From positions 96,001 through 160,000 of the forward strand of contig CAWCRS010000003.1 in the NCBI GenBank assembly GCA_963798085.1: a stretch of DNA of 64,000 nucleotides, given 5' to 3'. Of this stretch, positions 1 through 9,337 are shown in pieces (positions within the stretch are counted from its first letter, which is position 1; every line of letters starts with the position of its first letter). A program made the translations under genes and the position numbers. The notes beneath the pieces were generated by a model that worked only from the letters and a program-made list of their open reading frames with translations, was not told the DNA's origin and ran no database searches. Source of the stretch: an uncultured Gemmatimonadales bacterium (GTDB lineage Bacteria; Gemmatimonadota; Gemmatimonadetes; Longimicrobiales; RSA9).

Positions 1-454
1 GCTCGGTCTCACCGCGGCGCACGTCGTGGTGATTCCCTTCTCCACCACAGCCGGCTGGACCTGGCTGGACGCGCTCTGGCCGCAGCGGGCGCCGCAGCAG
101 GCGCTGGAGAACGTGCTGGGTGCGCTCGGCCTGTACGTGCTCACGGTAGTGGTGGCGACTTCATACCTGCGGCGGCGCGTGGGCCGCAGCACGTGGAAGC
201 TGGTGCACTACGCGTCCTACGTTTCCGCCGTGCTGTTCTACATCCACGGCATCTTCCTGGACCCGAAGCTGCAGAACCGGCCCGTGGACTGGTTCGATGC
301 GGAGAAAGTCAGTGTCTGGGCCTGCCTGCTGCTGGTGACCGGCGCCTCCATTCTCCGCCTGCGCTGGTCGCTGCGCCGCCGCGCCGCCGGCCGCGCCAAA
401 GACCAGCGCCACTGGGATGCGCCTGTACCTGCCGAGTGGATCGAGACGGCCTGA
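1..454 (+). CDS. Ferric reductase-like transmembrane protein (MsrQ/YedZ-like), 5'-partial
   Basis: Hydrophobic helices; 'ATSYLRRRVGRSTWKLVHYASY...FYIHG' resembles the W-x-x-L/V-H heme-ligand helix of ferric reductase TM domains; the frame is open to the window edge. Confidence 0.7.
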   Translation, partial: LGLTAAHVVVIPFSTTAGWTWLDALWPQRAPQQALENVLGALGLYVLTVVVATSYLRRRVGRSTWKLVHYASYVSAVLFYIHGIFLDPKLQNRPVDWFDAEKVSVWACLLLVTGASILRLRWSLRRRAAGRAKDQRHWDAPVPAEWIETA

Positions 455-517
455 ATGGCGCTATGGTAGTCAGCTGTTAGTGACCGGGCAGCATGGTGGC
501 GGGCGGGCGTTGAACTG

Positions 518-558
518 CGTTTCCGGGGCTGGGGCCCGGGCTGGGGCTGGGGAACAGC
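518..558 (+). repeat. (GGGGCT)n-type ~40-bp repeat, G-rich orientation
   Basis: cgtttccggggctggggcccgggctggggctggggaacagc; near-perfect inverted partner at 1246-1286. Confidence 0.9.
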
Positions 559-561
559 TTG

Positions 562-806
562 ACGGAAATGACGCCTGGGCGGTTCCTGCGCCGAGATCCG
601 GGGGCAGGGTGAGGGAACGGGTTGGGGTTCAGGGGTCGGACGCGGGCAAGGGCACGCGTTGGAGGATCCGGGTTGCGGGCTACTGAATACGGAATGACGC
701 CTGGGCCGTTCCTGCGCCGAGTTCCGGGGGGAGGGTGAGGGAACGGGTTGGGGTTCAGGGGTCGGACGCGGGCAAGGGCACGCGTTGGGGGATCCGGGTT
801 GGGGGC
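562..806 (+). repeat. Tandem direct repeat, two ~118-bp units (562-680, 689-806)
   Basis: Both units read acggaa(a)tgacgcctgggc...gggttcaggggtcggacgcgggcaagggcacgcgttgg...gatccgggttg with few mismatches. Confidence 0.95.
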
Positions 807-1033
807 GGCGGAATCCGGGGTCACTGCATTACTAACACGCAGTTTGAGAACAGGGTCGGGCTTTCGGGTTCAGCTCACCGCCTTGCGCTCGGGTCATGAG
901 TGTCGGTCGAGACCACCAGTTCGCGGTTTGCTGCCAGGCCCGGCCACGCTTCGCAACTGCGTCTCCGTTCCCAGGCAATCAGCCCCAAACGACCTGCTAG
1001 TCAGCCAGGCCGTGCATTCAATCCCACCCCCGC

Positions 1034-1134
1034 CCCCCAACGGGTGCCCTTGCCCGCGTCCGACCCCTGAACCCAGCCCTTCCCTCACCCCCTCCCGGAA
1101 CCGAATCGCAAAACCAGCCCGGGCGTATTCCATA
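1034..1134 (-). repeat. Third, inverted copy of the ~118-bp unit
   Basis: Reverse complement contains the identical 31-bp core gggttcaggggtcggacgcgggcaagggcac plus similar flanks. Confidence 0.9.
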
Positions 1135-1245
1135 CGTCGTTCCCCGGCACCACGCGCCCGCAACGCCGTTCAATCTGTTGCGCCGTCTCCCGGTCCCAGC
1201 CCCGGCAACCAGCGCCAGCAGCACTGTTGATCCGTTTGCGATGAT

Positions 1246-1286
1246 GCTGTTTCCCAGCCCCAGCCCGAGCCCCAGCCCGAGAAACG
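1246..1286 (-). repeat. (GGGGCT)n-type repeat, C-rich orientation
   Basis: gctgtttcccagccccagcccgagccccagcccgagaaacg; inverted partner of 518-558. Confidence 0.9.
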
Positions 1287-1297
1287 ACGTAAGGGGC

Positions 1298-2464
1298 CTA
1301 ACTCGAATAGTAGGATGCATTCTCCCGGACGTAGCCCTCCGTGAGGTCGCAGCCGAACGCAGTGGCGCGGCCTTCGCCAATGCCGAGGTGCACCTGGATG
1401 TCAATGGTGTCGGCGCGCAGGGCTTCGCGCACGCTTGCTTCATCGAACTGCACGCGCACGCCGGATTGCACGACTTCGTGGCCGTTGATGGACACGCCGG
1501 TGGTGTCGGGCTGGATGGTGGCGTCGAAGCACTTGCCGATGGCCATCAGGATGCGGCCCACGTTGGGGTCGGCGCCGTGGGCCATGGTCTTGACGAGTGG
1601 TGAATTGACGAGCGAGCGGGCCACGCTGCGCGCATCCGCTTCGCTGCTGGCGCCACGCACCGTGGCGCGCAGCAGTTTCTCCGCGCCTTCGCCGTCGCGG
1701 GCCAGCAGTTCGGCAACGTGCAGGCAGCCGGCAGTGAGGGCGTCCTGGAAGTCGCGCTCCGGCATGGGACCGGCGAGGCCGTTGGCCATGAGCGCACACG
1801 TGTCGGAAGTGCTCGTGTCGGTGTCGATCGACAGCATGTTGAAGGACACGTGCGCGGCGCGGCGCAGCATGGCATCGAGGACGGGCGCATCGAAGGCGGC
1901 GTCGGTGAAGATGTAGACGAGCATTGTCGCCAGATTCGGTGCGATCATGCCCGAGCCCTTGGCTACCCACGTAATGGTGGCGCGACCGGCATCGAGCGAC
2001 ACCGCCTTGGGCCGCGTGTCCGTGGTCATGATGCCTTCGGCGCCGGCCAGCGGATCGTCGCCCAGCTCGGCACTCATGCCGCGCACGCCTGTCTCGATCT
2101 GCTCGATGGGCAGCGGCACTCCGATGACGCCCGTCGAGCTGACCAGCACGCGGTCCGGTGTGGTGCCGGCTTCCGCGGCCGCGGCAGCCGCCATGCGGCG
2201 CGCGTTGCGCATTCCCTGGTCGCCGGTGGCCACGTTGCTGTAGCGGCTGTTGGCGATGATGGCGCGCAGCTTTCCGCCGCGGATGGTTTCGCGGCCCAGC
2301 AGCACGGGTGCGCCGGGAAAGTGGTTACGGGTGAAGAGTGCGGCGGCGGCGGCATCCACATCGCTGACGAACAGCGAGAGATCCTTCGCGTCGCGCTTCA
2401 GCCCGATGTTGCGGCTGGCGCAGCGGAACCCGCGCGGAAACGCGGAGCGTTCGTGCAATCTCAT
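1298..2464 (-). CDS. argJ: Glutamate N-acetyltransferase/ornithine acetyltransferase ArgJ
   Basis: PRGF start, SSTGVIG, IMTTDT, KGSGMIAPNLATML autocleavage motif, DTSTSDT, ARDGEGA, GCDLT..YV..NA.Y; real start taken as the ATG at 2464. Confidence 0.95.
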   Translation of the reverse strand: MRLHERSAFPRGFRCASRNIGLKRDAKDLSLFVSDVDAAAAALFTRNHFPGAPVLLGRETIRGGKLRAIIANSRYSNVATGDQGMRNARRMAAAAAAEAGTTPDRVLVSSTGVIGVPLPIEQIETGVRGMSAELGDDPLAGAEGIMTTDTRPKAVSLDAGRATITWVAKGSGMIAPNLATMLVYIFTDAAFDAPVLDAMLRRAAHVSFNMLSIDTDTSTSDTCALMANGLAGPMPERDFQDALTAGCLHVAELLARDGEGAEKLLRATVRGASSEADARSVARSLVNSPLVKTMAHGADPNVGRILMAIGKCFDATIQPDTTGVSINGHEVVQSGVRVQFDEASVREALRADTIDIQVHLGIGEGRATAFGCDLTEGYVRENASYYSS

Positions 2465-2514
2465 GGCTGAATATCGGCTGTTGCTGGCTGTGCAGATATC
2501 GGGGATGGTGAAGC

Positions 2515-4053
2515 TTAGTGGCTGACAGTGCTGTTCGCAACGCGGGTCGCCGGGTCGAGTTCGAGGCCGGCCATGAGGCGCAGCAGATCGTCCTGATTCG
2601 CCTGCGCGCGCGACACTTCGCCGATCAGCCGGCCGCCGCGCAGCACGAGGATGCGGCGTGACAGACTGATCAGCTCGGGAAGCTCGCTCGAGATCAGCAG
2701 AATCGCGTGGCCCTGCGTGGCGAGGTTGTCGATGAGGCCGTGGATTTCGGCCTTGGCGCCCACGTCCACACCGCGTGTCGGCTCGTCGAGGATGAGGACG
2801 CGCGAGCGCGCCGCCAGCCAGCGCGCGAGCACGATCTTCTGCTGGTTGCCGCCGGAGAGACCGGCCACGGTCGCATCGACGGAGGGCGCGCGCACGCGCA
2901 AGCTTCTGGAAGTACTCGGTGGCCAGCGCGCGTTCCTGCGCGCGGCGGATGAAGCCGAGGCGCGCGAGCCGATCGAGGATGGGCAGTGACGTGTTGTGGA
3001 GGCCGCTCTCCGACAGCACGAGGCCCTGACGCTTGCGGTCTTCGGGCACGAGGCCGATGCCCAGGCGGATGGCCTGCCCGGGCGTGCGCGGCCGCACGCT
3101 GCGGCCCTGCAGGAACAGCGACCCGGTAACATCGTGGTCCAGGCCGAAGATGGCGCCGCGCCAGCTCGGAGCGGCCGGCGCCCACGAGCCCCGCCAGTCC
3201 CACCACTTCGCCGGCGTGCAGGGAGAACGAGATGTCCTCGAACTTGCCCGGACAGCTGTAGTCGCTCGACGCGCAGCAGCTCCTCGCCCGGCTTCGAGTC
3301 GGGGTGCTGCGGGAAATACTCGCCCAGCGGGCGCCCGATCATGAGACGCACCAGCTGCGCTTCCGACAGCTCGCGCGTGGCATGCGTGGCGACGTGTTTG
3401 CCATCCCGCAGCACGCTCACGCTGTCGCACAGGCTGAAGATCTCGGGCATGCGGTGGGAGACGTAGATGCACGTGACGCCGCGCTCGCGCAGCCGCGCAA
3501 TGAGCTGCGTAGAGTCGTTCGGCCTCGGTCTGGCTGAGGCTGCTGGTGGGCTCGTCGAACACGATGACGCGCGCACCGCTGCCCACGGCCGCGGCGATCT
3601 GCACCAGCTGCTGCTGCGCGATGGTGAGGGCACCGAGTCGGCGCTCGACGTCGAGGCTGGTGCCCGATCTCGTCGAGCATTCCGGTTGCGCGCCGTGCCA
3701 TCTCCGGGCGTCGAGACGAGGCCGCGGCGCACGGGCAGTGCGGCCAGGCACAGATTCTCCGCGACCGAGAGGTTATCGCAGAAGGCCAGCTCCTGGTGCA
3801 CCATCGCCGACGCCGGCCGCGAGTGCGTCGCGCGGGCCGGCGAAGCGGACGGACGACCGGCAATGAAGAGCTCGCCCGGCATCCGGTGTGTGAATGCCGG
3901 CGAGGATCTGTCCGAGCGTGCTCTTGCCCGCGCCGTTCTCGCCGCAGAGTGCGTGGCACGAGCCCGCGGCGATCTCGAGCGACACATCGGCAGCGCGAGC
4001 ACGCCGGGAAAGCGCTTGGTGACGTGCTCGAAGCGGACCGCGGGCTCGGACAC
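2515..4053 (-). CDS. Sugar ABC transporter ATP-binding protein (RbsA/XylG type), multiply frameshifted
   Basis: [18 protein letters not shown] (Walker A, other frame), [48 protein letters not shown] spread over three frames. Confidence 0.9.
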   Translation of the reverse strand: MSEPAVRFEHVTKRFPGVLALPMCRSRSPRARATHSAARTARARARSDRSSPAFTHRMPGELFIAGRPSASPARATHSRPASAMVHQELAFCDNLSVAENLCLAALPVRRGLVSTPGDGTARNRNARRDRAPASTSSADSVPSPSRSSSWCRSPRPWAAVRASSCSTSPPAASARPRPNDSTQLIARLRERGVTCIYVSHRMPEIFSLCDSVSVLRDGKHVATHATRELSEAQLVRLMIGRPLGEYFPQHPDSKPGEELLRVERLQLSGQVRGHLVLPARRRSGGTGGARGRRPLRAGAAPSSAWTTMLPGRCSCRAAACGRARPGRPSAWASASCPKTASVRASCCRRAASTTRHCPSSIGSRASASSAARRNARWPPSTSRSLRVRAPSVDATVAGLSGGNQQKIVLARWLAARSRVLILDEPTRGVDVGAKAEIHGLIDNLATQGHAILLISSELPELISLSRRILVLRGGRLIGEVSRAQANQDDLLRLMAGLELDPATRVANSTVSH

Positions 4054-5086
4054 GCTGGCTGCGACGGTGCTCGATTCAGGTACGCGTCGGGCACGTCGGT
4101 GAAGCCCCAGTCCTTCAGCTGCCGCGCCCAGTCGCCAGGTTGTCCTTCGTCACGCGCACCAGCTCCATGGGGATGATCTGCGGCACGTCCTTCTTGTAGA
4201 TCACCTTCTCGATGATGGTCCGGACGCCGACGTAGCCCCACAGGTAGACGGGCTGCGCCAGCAGCACCGGGGTGATGCCCTTGTCGACGTAGGCCAGCTC
4301 GGCGGGCAGTGCATCGACACTCACGACTTTCATGTCGTGCCGGGTCGAGGTCGGTGAGCAGCGTCTGCGTGAACAGCGCCCAGCCACCGATCATGGCCCA
4401 GCCGTTGACTCTCGGGGTAGGCGTTGTTGACGCGCACGACTTCGGCGGCCGCGTCCTGCGGCGTCTCGATGTGATTGAACGAGCCCACGATCTTGATGCC
4501 CGGGTACTTCGCCGCCTCATCGCGCACGCCCTGCACGCGGTGCTGCAGGTTGGGCGCGTTCTGGTTGCCGGCCAGGATCGCGATGTTGCCCTTGCCGCCC
4601 ATGAGCGGCGCCAGCTCGTCCATCACGGCCTCGCCCGTCTTGACGTCGTCCACACCGTAGTAGGCGAAGCGCTTCGAGTCCGGTGCGTCGCTGTCGAACG
4701 TCATGACGGGCACGCCGCGCGCGACTGCGTCATTGATCGCGCCCGTGATCTTGCCCGCATCGGAGACCGAGATCAGGATGGCATCCGCGCCGTCATTCAC
4801 GGCCTGCTGGATGCGCTGCGCCTGCACCTGGCCGTCCTCCTGCGGCGGCGTCAGCCAGTCGATGGTCGACCTGCAGGTCGTCCTTCGCCGACTTCCTTGG
4901 CCGCGGCTTCGGCGCCGGTGCGCGCCGCCAGGAACACCGGGTTAGTCGAACTCTTGGCGATCATGGCGATCGTGAATTTGCGGGCGCCGCCTGCCGGCCG
5001 CCTGCTGGCCCTGCGTCGGCGCCGCGCGAGCACGCCGTCGCGCCGATGCAGGCGAGCATTGCCAGGTGCAGGACTGTCCGGTTCAT
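4050..5086 (-). CDS. Sugar ABC transporter substrate-binding lipoprotein, frameshifted
   Basis: Start MNRTVLHLAMLACIGATAC (lipobox-like); fragments IAKSSTNPVF, ARGVPVMTFDSDA, YGVDD, VVSVDA, LAQPVY.WGY in different frames; 3' end approximate. Confidence 0.8.
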
Positions 5087-6161
5087 CCTTCTCTCCTCTT
5101 CACGGGTTCACCCGGCGAGGCGCCGCTTTCGGCAGCCTGACTCAGCCGTCGGGCAGTAAGGCGAGTGCTCCACTGGTCCACTACCACGGCCACGATGATG
5201 GCGCAGCCGATCACGATCCACTCGTAGTTCTGGTCGAGGTGCAGTGTACGGATCGACTGGCGGATCAGCACGATCAGCAACGCGCCGAGCATGGCGCCCA
5301 GCGCACTGCCCCGGCCGCCGATCAGGCTGGCGCCGCCCACGACTGCGGCCGCGATCACGTAGAGCTCGTAGCCCTGCGCATCGCCGGATGACGCGGAGCC
5401 GTAGAAGCTGGCGCCCAGGAACGCGGCAATGCCGGCGGTGAGACCGGACACCGCGAAGACGCCGATCTGGATGCGATAGAGCGGCAGACCGGCGAAGCGG
5501 CTGGCTTCCAGGTTGCCGCCGAACGCGAAGACGTGCCGGCCCATCACGGTGCGTTTCAGGTAGACGCTGCCCAGGAACGCCAGCACCAGCATGGTCAGCG
5601 TCGGCACCGGATACAGCGTGCTGCGCAGACCCAGCGAAGCCTTGGCCAGGCTGGTCAGCGAAGCCGGCACCAGGATGCTCTCCGCGCGCGTGGCCACGAA
5701 GGCGATGCCGCGCAGCATCCACATCGTGCCCAGCGTGATGATGAAGGGGTGCACCCGCAGTCCCACCACGAATACGCCGTTGAGCACGCCGCAGAGCAGG
5801 CCCACACCGGCACGCCGTCACCAGGCCGAGCGCAATGGTCGCTGCTCCCGCTCATGGGTCCGGCCGCGCGCAGCAGCAGCGCCATGCTGACGCCCGCCAG
5901 TGCGTAGATGGAGCCGACAGAAAGGTCGATGCCGCCCGAGATGATGACGACGGTCGCACCGATCGCCATGATGGCGAAGAAGCTGGCGTCAGTGGCCGTC
6001 TGTATGAGCGTGTTCGAGTTCCAGAAGTTGTTGACCATCTGGCCCGTGTTGCGATCAATGTGCGACCCGGCCAGTAACGTCAGTGTTATCATGACCAGCA
6101 GCACCACGCCCACCAGTCCGGTCTCCTGCGATGCGAGCAGCCTGCGGACCATCGGATGCAT
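5083..6161 (-). CDS. Sugar ABC transporter permease (RbsC type), frameshift near 5820
   Basis: IISGGIDLSVGS in the N-part; PFIITLG, GRHVFAFGGN.EASRFAG, YELYVIAAAVVGG in the C-part. Confidence 0.9.
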
Positions 6162-6165
6162 GCGG

Positions 6166-7668
6166 TCAGCTCTGTGGCAGGACCGGCAGGGACGCGGAGA
6201 AGCTGGCGCGGTAGCGTGCGTAGTGCTTCTGGTAGTCGAGGCACGCCTGGGCGTCGGGGAATTCGAGCGGGCCCTGGCGCAGTGTGGCGCGCGTGGCCGC
6301 CTGCAGATCGGCGAACTCGCCGGCGCCCACCGCCGCCAGCAGGGCCGCGCCGTATGCCGGCCCCTCTTCGCGATTCACGGTGCACACGGGAACAGCCAGC
6401 ACTTCCGCCTGCAGCGTGCGGATGAAGGCGGAGTGCGCGCCGCCACCCGTGAGCAGCAGCTGCCCCGGCGACATCTCCATTTCGCGCAGGATGGCGACAC
6501 AATCGCGCAACGCGAAGCACACGCCCTCGAGCACGGCGCGCGTGAGATGCGCCCGCGTGTGCGCCGTGCTCAGGCCGAGGAACGCGCCGCGCACGGAAGC
6601 ATTGCGGTGCGGCGTGCGCTCGCCTTGCAGGTAGGGCAGGAAGGTCACGCCGGCCGCGCCGCGCGGCGCGGTCACGGCCTCCGCATTCAGTGCCGCATTG
6701 GCCTCGTCGTGATCGCGGAACTCCTGCGCCAGCTGATCGCGATACCAGGCGAAGGCGCCGCCCGCGGAGAGTACCACACCCATCACGTACCAGAGGCCCG
6801 GCGCCACGTGGCAGAACGTGTGCGCACGCAGCAGCGGATCCACGCGCGGCCATTGTGTCGGCGCCAATACAGTACCGGACGTGCCCCAGCTGCTCACAGC
6901 GGTGCCCGGGCTGATCGCGCCCACGCCGGCCGCTCCGCATGCGTTGTCGGCGCCACCGCCCACCACGGGTGTGCCGGGCGCGAGCCCTGTGGCGGCCGCG
7001 GCGGCCACCTCGATGCGCCCCAGCACTTCCGCCGAGCCGCCCACATCCGGCAGCAGCGACCGCGAGAGACCCACCGCCGCGAGGATCTCCTCGCTCCAGC
7101 GCAGGTGTGCGGTGTCGAACATCAGTGTGGCCGACGCGTCCGAGGGCTCGGTCGCCAGCGTACCACTCAGCCGGAAGCGAATGTAGTCCTTCGCGAGCAG
7201 CACCTTTGCGAGCCGCGCGAAGTTGGCCGGCTCGTGCCGACGCAGCCACAGCACCTTGGGCAGTGTGAAGCCTTCCAGTGCCGCATTGCACGTCCACTCG
7301 CGCAGCTTCGCTTCACCGCCCGCGCGCTCGGTGATTTCCGCGCATTCCGCTGTGGTCCGTCCATCACACCAGAGCAGTGCCGGCCGTATAACACTGCCTT
7401 TCGCATCGAGGAACACCGAGGAGTGCATCTGCCCGGAGATGCCGACACTCGCGACCTTCGCCTGCGGCTGCTGCCGCAGCACCGCCTGCGTGGCCAGGAT
7501 GGTCGCCTGCCACCACGCTTCCGGCTCCTGCTCCGCCCAGCCGGGCTGCGGTGTGGCCATCGTGAGCGGTGAAGAGGCGGAGGCTGTGACGTCGCCTTCA
7601 CGATTCACCAGGATGGCCTTCACGCCGCTGGTGCCGATGTCGAGGCCGAGGAAGCAATCGCCTGCCAC
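6166..7668 (-). CDS. xylB: Xylulokinase (FGGY family)
   Basis: LGLDIGTSGVK, ISGQMH, WCDGRT, GFTLPK, SDASAT, GGADN, SWGTSG, PYLQGERTPH, TGGGA; GTG start at 7668 preceded by AGGAG. Confidence 0.9.
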   Translation of the reverse strand: MAGDCFLGLDIGTSGVKAILVNREGDVTASASSPLTMATPQPGWAEQEPEAWWQATILATQAVLRQQPQAKVASVGISGQMHSSVFLDAKGSVIRPALLWCDGRTTAECAEITERAGGEAKLREWTCNAALEGFTLPKVLWLRRHEPANFARLAKVLLAKDYIRFRLSGTLATEPSDASATLMFDTAHLRWSEEILAAVGLSRSLLPDVGGSAEVLGRIEVAAAAATGLAPGTPVVGGGADNACGAAGVGAISPGTAVSSWGTSGTVLAPTQWPRVDPLLRAHTFCHVAPGLWYVMGVVLSAGGAFAWYRDQLAQEFRDHDEANAALNAEAVTAPRGAAGVTFLPYLQGERTPHRNASVRGAFLGLSTAHTRAHLTRAVLEGVCFALRDCVAILREMEMSPGQLLLTGGGAHSAFIRTLQAEVLAVPVCTVNREEGPAYGAALLAAVGAGEFADLQAATRATLRQGPLEFPDAQACLDYQKHYARYRASFSASLPVLPQS

Positions 7669-7803
7669 TAACAGTCTCCTGCCGGGTGCGCGCGTGCGCA
7701 CGACGCATTGCGTGACCGGCGAACGGCGGTCCCCGTCACGCGTGTGAGGGGGCGCTGCAGCGGCGGCGAGCTTGAAGACTGTGCGGGCACACTCCGTCCC
7801 GGG

Positions 7804-7917
7804 TCAGGAAGGCGAGGCGCCGCCCGGCGAGGCGAGGCCCGGGACAGGGCCCGTGGCCGGCAGGCAGGTCGCCGCTGCATACGCGCGCTGTTGCGGTTGC
7901 TGGCGAGGAAAATCCAT
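7804..7917 (-). CDS. Putative 37-aa leaderless uORF upstream of xylB (MDFPRQQPQQRAYAAATCLPATGPVPGLASPGGASPS)
   Basis: ATG lies just after a TTGACA...TAGTCATC promoter-like motif that also precedes the dsbD ATG; below the ORF-track cutoff. Confidence 0.35.
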   Translation of the reverse strand: MDFPRQQPQQRAYAAATCLPATGPVPGLASPGGASPS

Positions 7918-7921
7918 GGAC

Positions 7922-7956
7922 GATGACTATCCCTGCCCGGCCCGCCAGTGTCAAGC
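7922..7956 (-). promoter_or_regulatory. Sigma70-like promoter for the xylB unit
   Basis: TTGACA at 7954-7949; GATAGT 17 nt downstream, overlapping TAGTCATC. Confidence 0.55.
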
Positions 7957-8018
7957 GGACCGAAAAGCCGTTCGCGACTCGTCAGGAAAAGTGATGACTT
8001 CCCGCAGCACACCCATTT

Positions 8019-9314
8019 TCAGGTCACGGGCTCGCGCAGCAGCTGCGCGATGAAGCGACCGAGGCGTTCTTCGTTGCCGTGGTCCCAGCCCACCACCACC
8101 TGGCGGATGACACCGTGTTTGTCGATCACCACGATCTGCGGAATGCCGGCCACGTTGTACTTCGCATTGACGGTGGTCGCCGCCGCCGCCGCCGTGGCCT
8201 GCGCGTCCGCCGTGCGTGCCGGCAGACTGTTGATCGCCACCAGGAACGGCAGCTGATTTGTCTCGGGGAAGTAGACGCGGTCCGCAGCCAGTTCTTCTTC
8301 CGGCGTCACTTTCTTCCCCTCGAACGTGCCGTAGAGTTCGGTGGCGAACACGGTCGCGAACTTCTCGCCGGTGAAGCGCGCGGCCAGGCGGCGCATGCCC
8401 GGGTAGCTCTCGTGGCAGGGAACGCACCAGTGCGCCGTGAACTCGACGACCAGCACGGTGCCGTTACCGGGTGTTACCGGTGTGGTTCTGCCATCCGCGT
8501 TGAGCCAGTGTTCGCCGGTGATGGTGGCGGCGTGGGTGCCCACCATGTTGTACATGGCGCGTGAGTAGCTGAACGCCTGTTTCACCATGTCCGCGCCCAG
8601 CTCCTTCTCGGCCGCGTTCAGGATCATGAGCGCGGAGTCGGGGTGCAGGTAGTCGGCGGCGGTGCGCGCCAGGTCGTTGAAGGCGTACACCATGACCTGC
8701 CTGTTGCCGGCCTTGCGTGCCAGGTCTATCACAATGTTAGCGTGCTTGCGGATGCCTTCGTCGACGTCGGCGTAGCCGTACTCGCCCAGGATGCGCTGGT
8801 GCCCGGTGATCTTCACGTCGATGAGCGAGTCGGGCAGCGCATCCAGCTGATCGGCGAGCTGCTCGAGGCGGGGATTCATGCCGCCGAACGAATGCTTGCG
8901 CGACAACTCCGTGCGCATGGCCATGATGATCGTCTCGCCGCGCTGGCGGGGCGTCAGGTCGGGCGCCGCGACGGCCCGATCCACGGCACGCTGCGCTGCC
9001 GCATTGTCGCCCATGTACATGTACAGGTCCGCGAGCGCGGGCAGGTCCGCGGACTTCATGGACTCCATCTTGAACTGTGCCGCGCACTCCGCCGCCATGC
9101 GCTGGGAATCCTTGAGCAGGGCCGAGTAGTCGATGCTCGTGCCGGCATTCCTCGCATCGAGCGCTTTCTGATTGCGCCAGTCGTTCGCGCCCTTCATGCA
9201 GGCGGCGGGCGTCGTGGCATCGAGATGCGGCAGGGCGTTCTGTGCCCGAGCCGCAGCCAGGCTGCCGCTCCCGGCAACGAGGAGCGCTGTCACAATGAGC
9301 GATCTCGTCTGCAT
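8019..9314 (-). CDS. Secreted TlpA-family thioredoxin-like disulfide reductase with long helical N-domain
   Basis: Signal peptide; VVEFTAHWCVPC active site; YNVAGIPQIVVIDKHGVIR cis-Pro loop. Confidence 0.8.
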   Translation of the reverse strand: MQTRSLIVTALLVAGSGSLAAARAQNALPHLDATTPAACMKGANDWRNQKALDARNAGTSIDYSALLKDSQRMAAECAAQFKMESMKSADLPALADLYMYMGDNAAAQRAVDRAVAAPDLTPRQRGETIIMAMRTELSRKHSFGGMNPRLEQLADQLDALPDSLIDVKITGHQRILGEYGYADVDEGIRKHANIVIDLARKAGNRQVMVYAFNDLARTAADYLHPDSALMILNAAEKELGADMVKQAFSYSRAMYNMVGTHAATITGEHWLNADGRTTPVTPGNGTVLVVEFTAHWCVPCHESYPGMRRLAARFTGEKFATVFATELYGTFEGKKVTPEEELAADRVYFPETNQLPFLVAINSLPARTADAQATAAAAATTVNAKYNVAGIPQIVVIDKHGVIRQVVVGWDHGNEERLGRFIAQLLREPVT

Positions 9315-9337
9315 GCCTGCCTCCTGCGCGACTCGCC

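Noticed and set aside
562..806. CRISPR array
   Set aside because: Only two ~118-bp units, no unique spacers between short repeats, no cas genes
477..1230. ORFs 477-824, 748-1230 and 894-1163
   Set aside because: Translations of the repeat tract (PNPNP, PSPSP) with no protein-like features
2465..3751. Apparent ABC ATPase-ArgJ fusion (817 aa ORF)
   Set aside because: Open frame created by frameshifts in the ATPase; argJ has its own ATG at 2464
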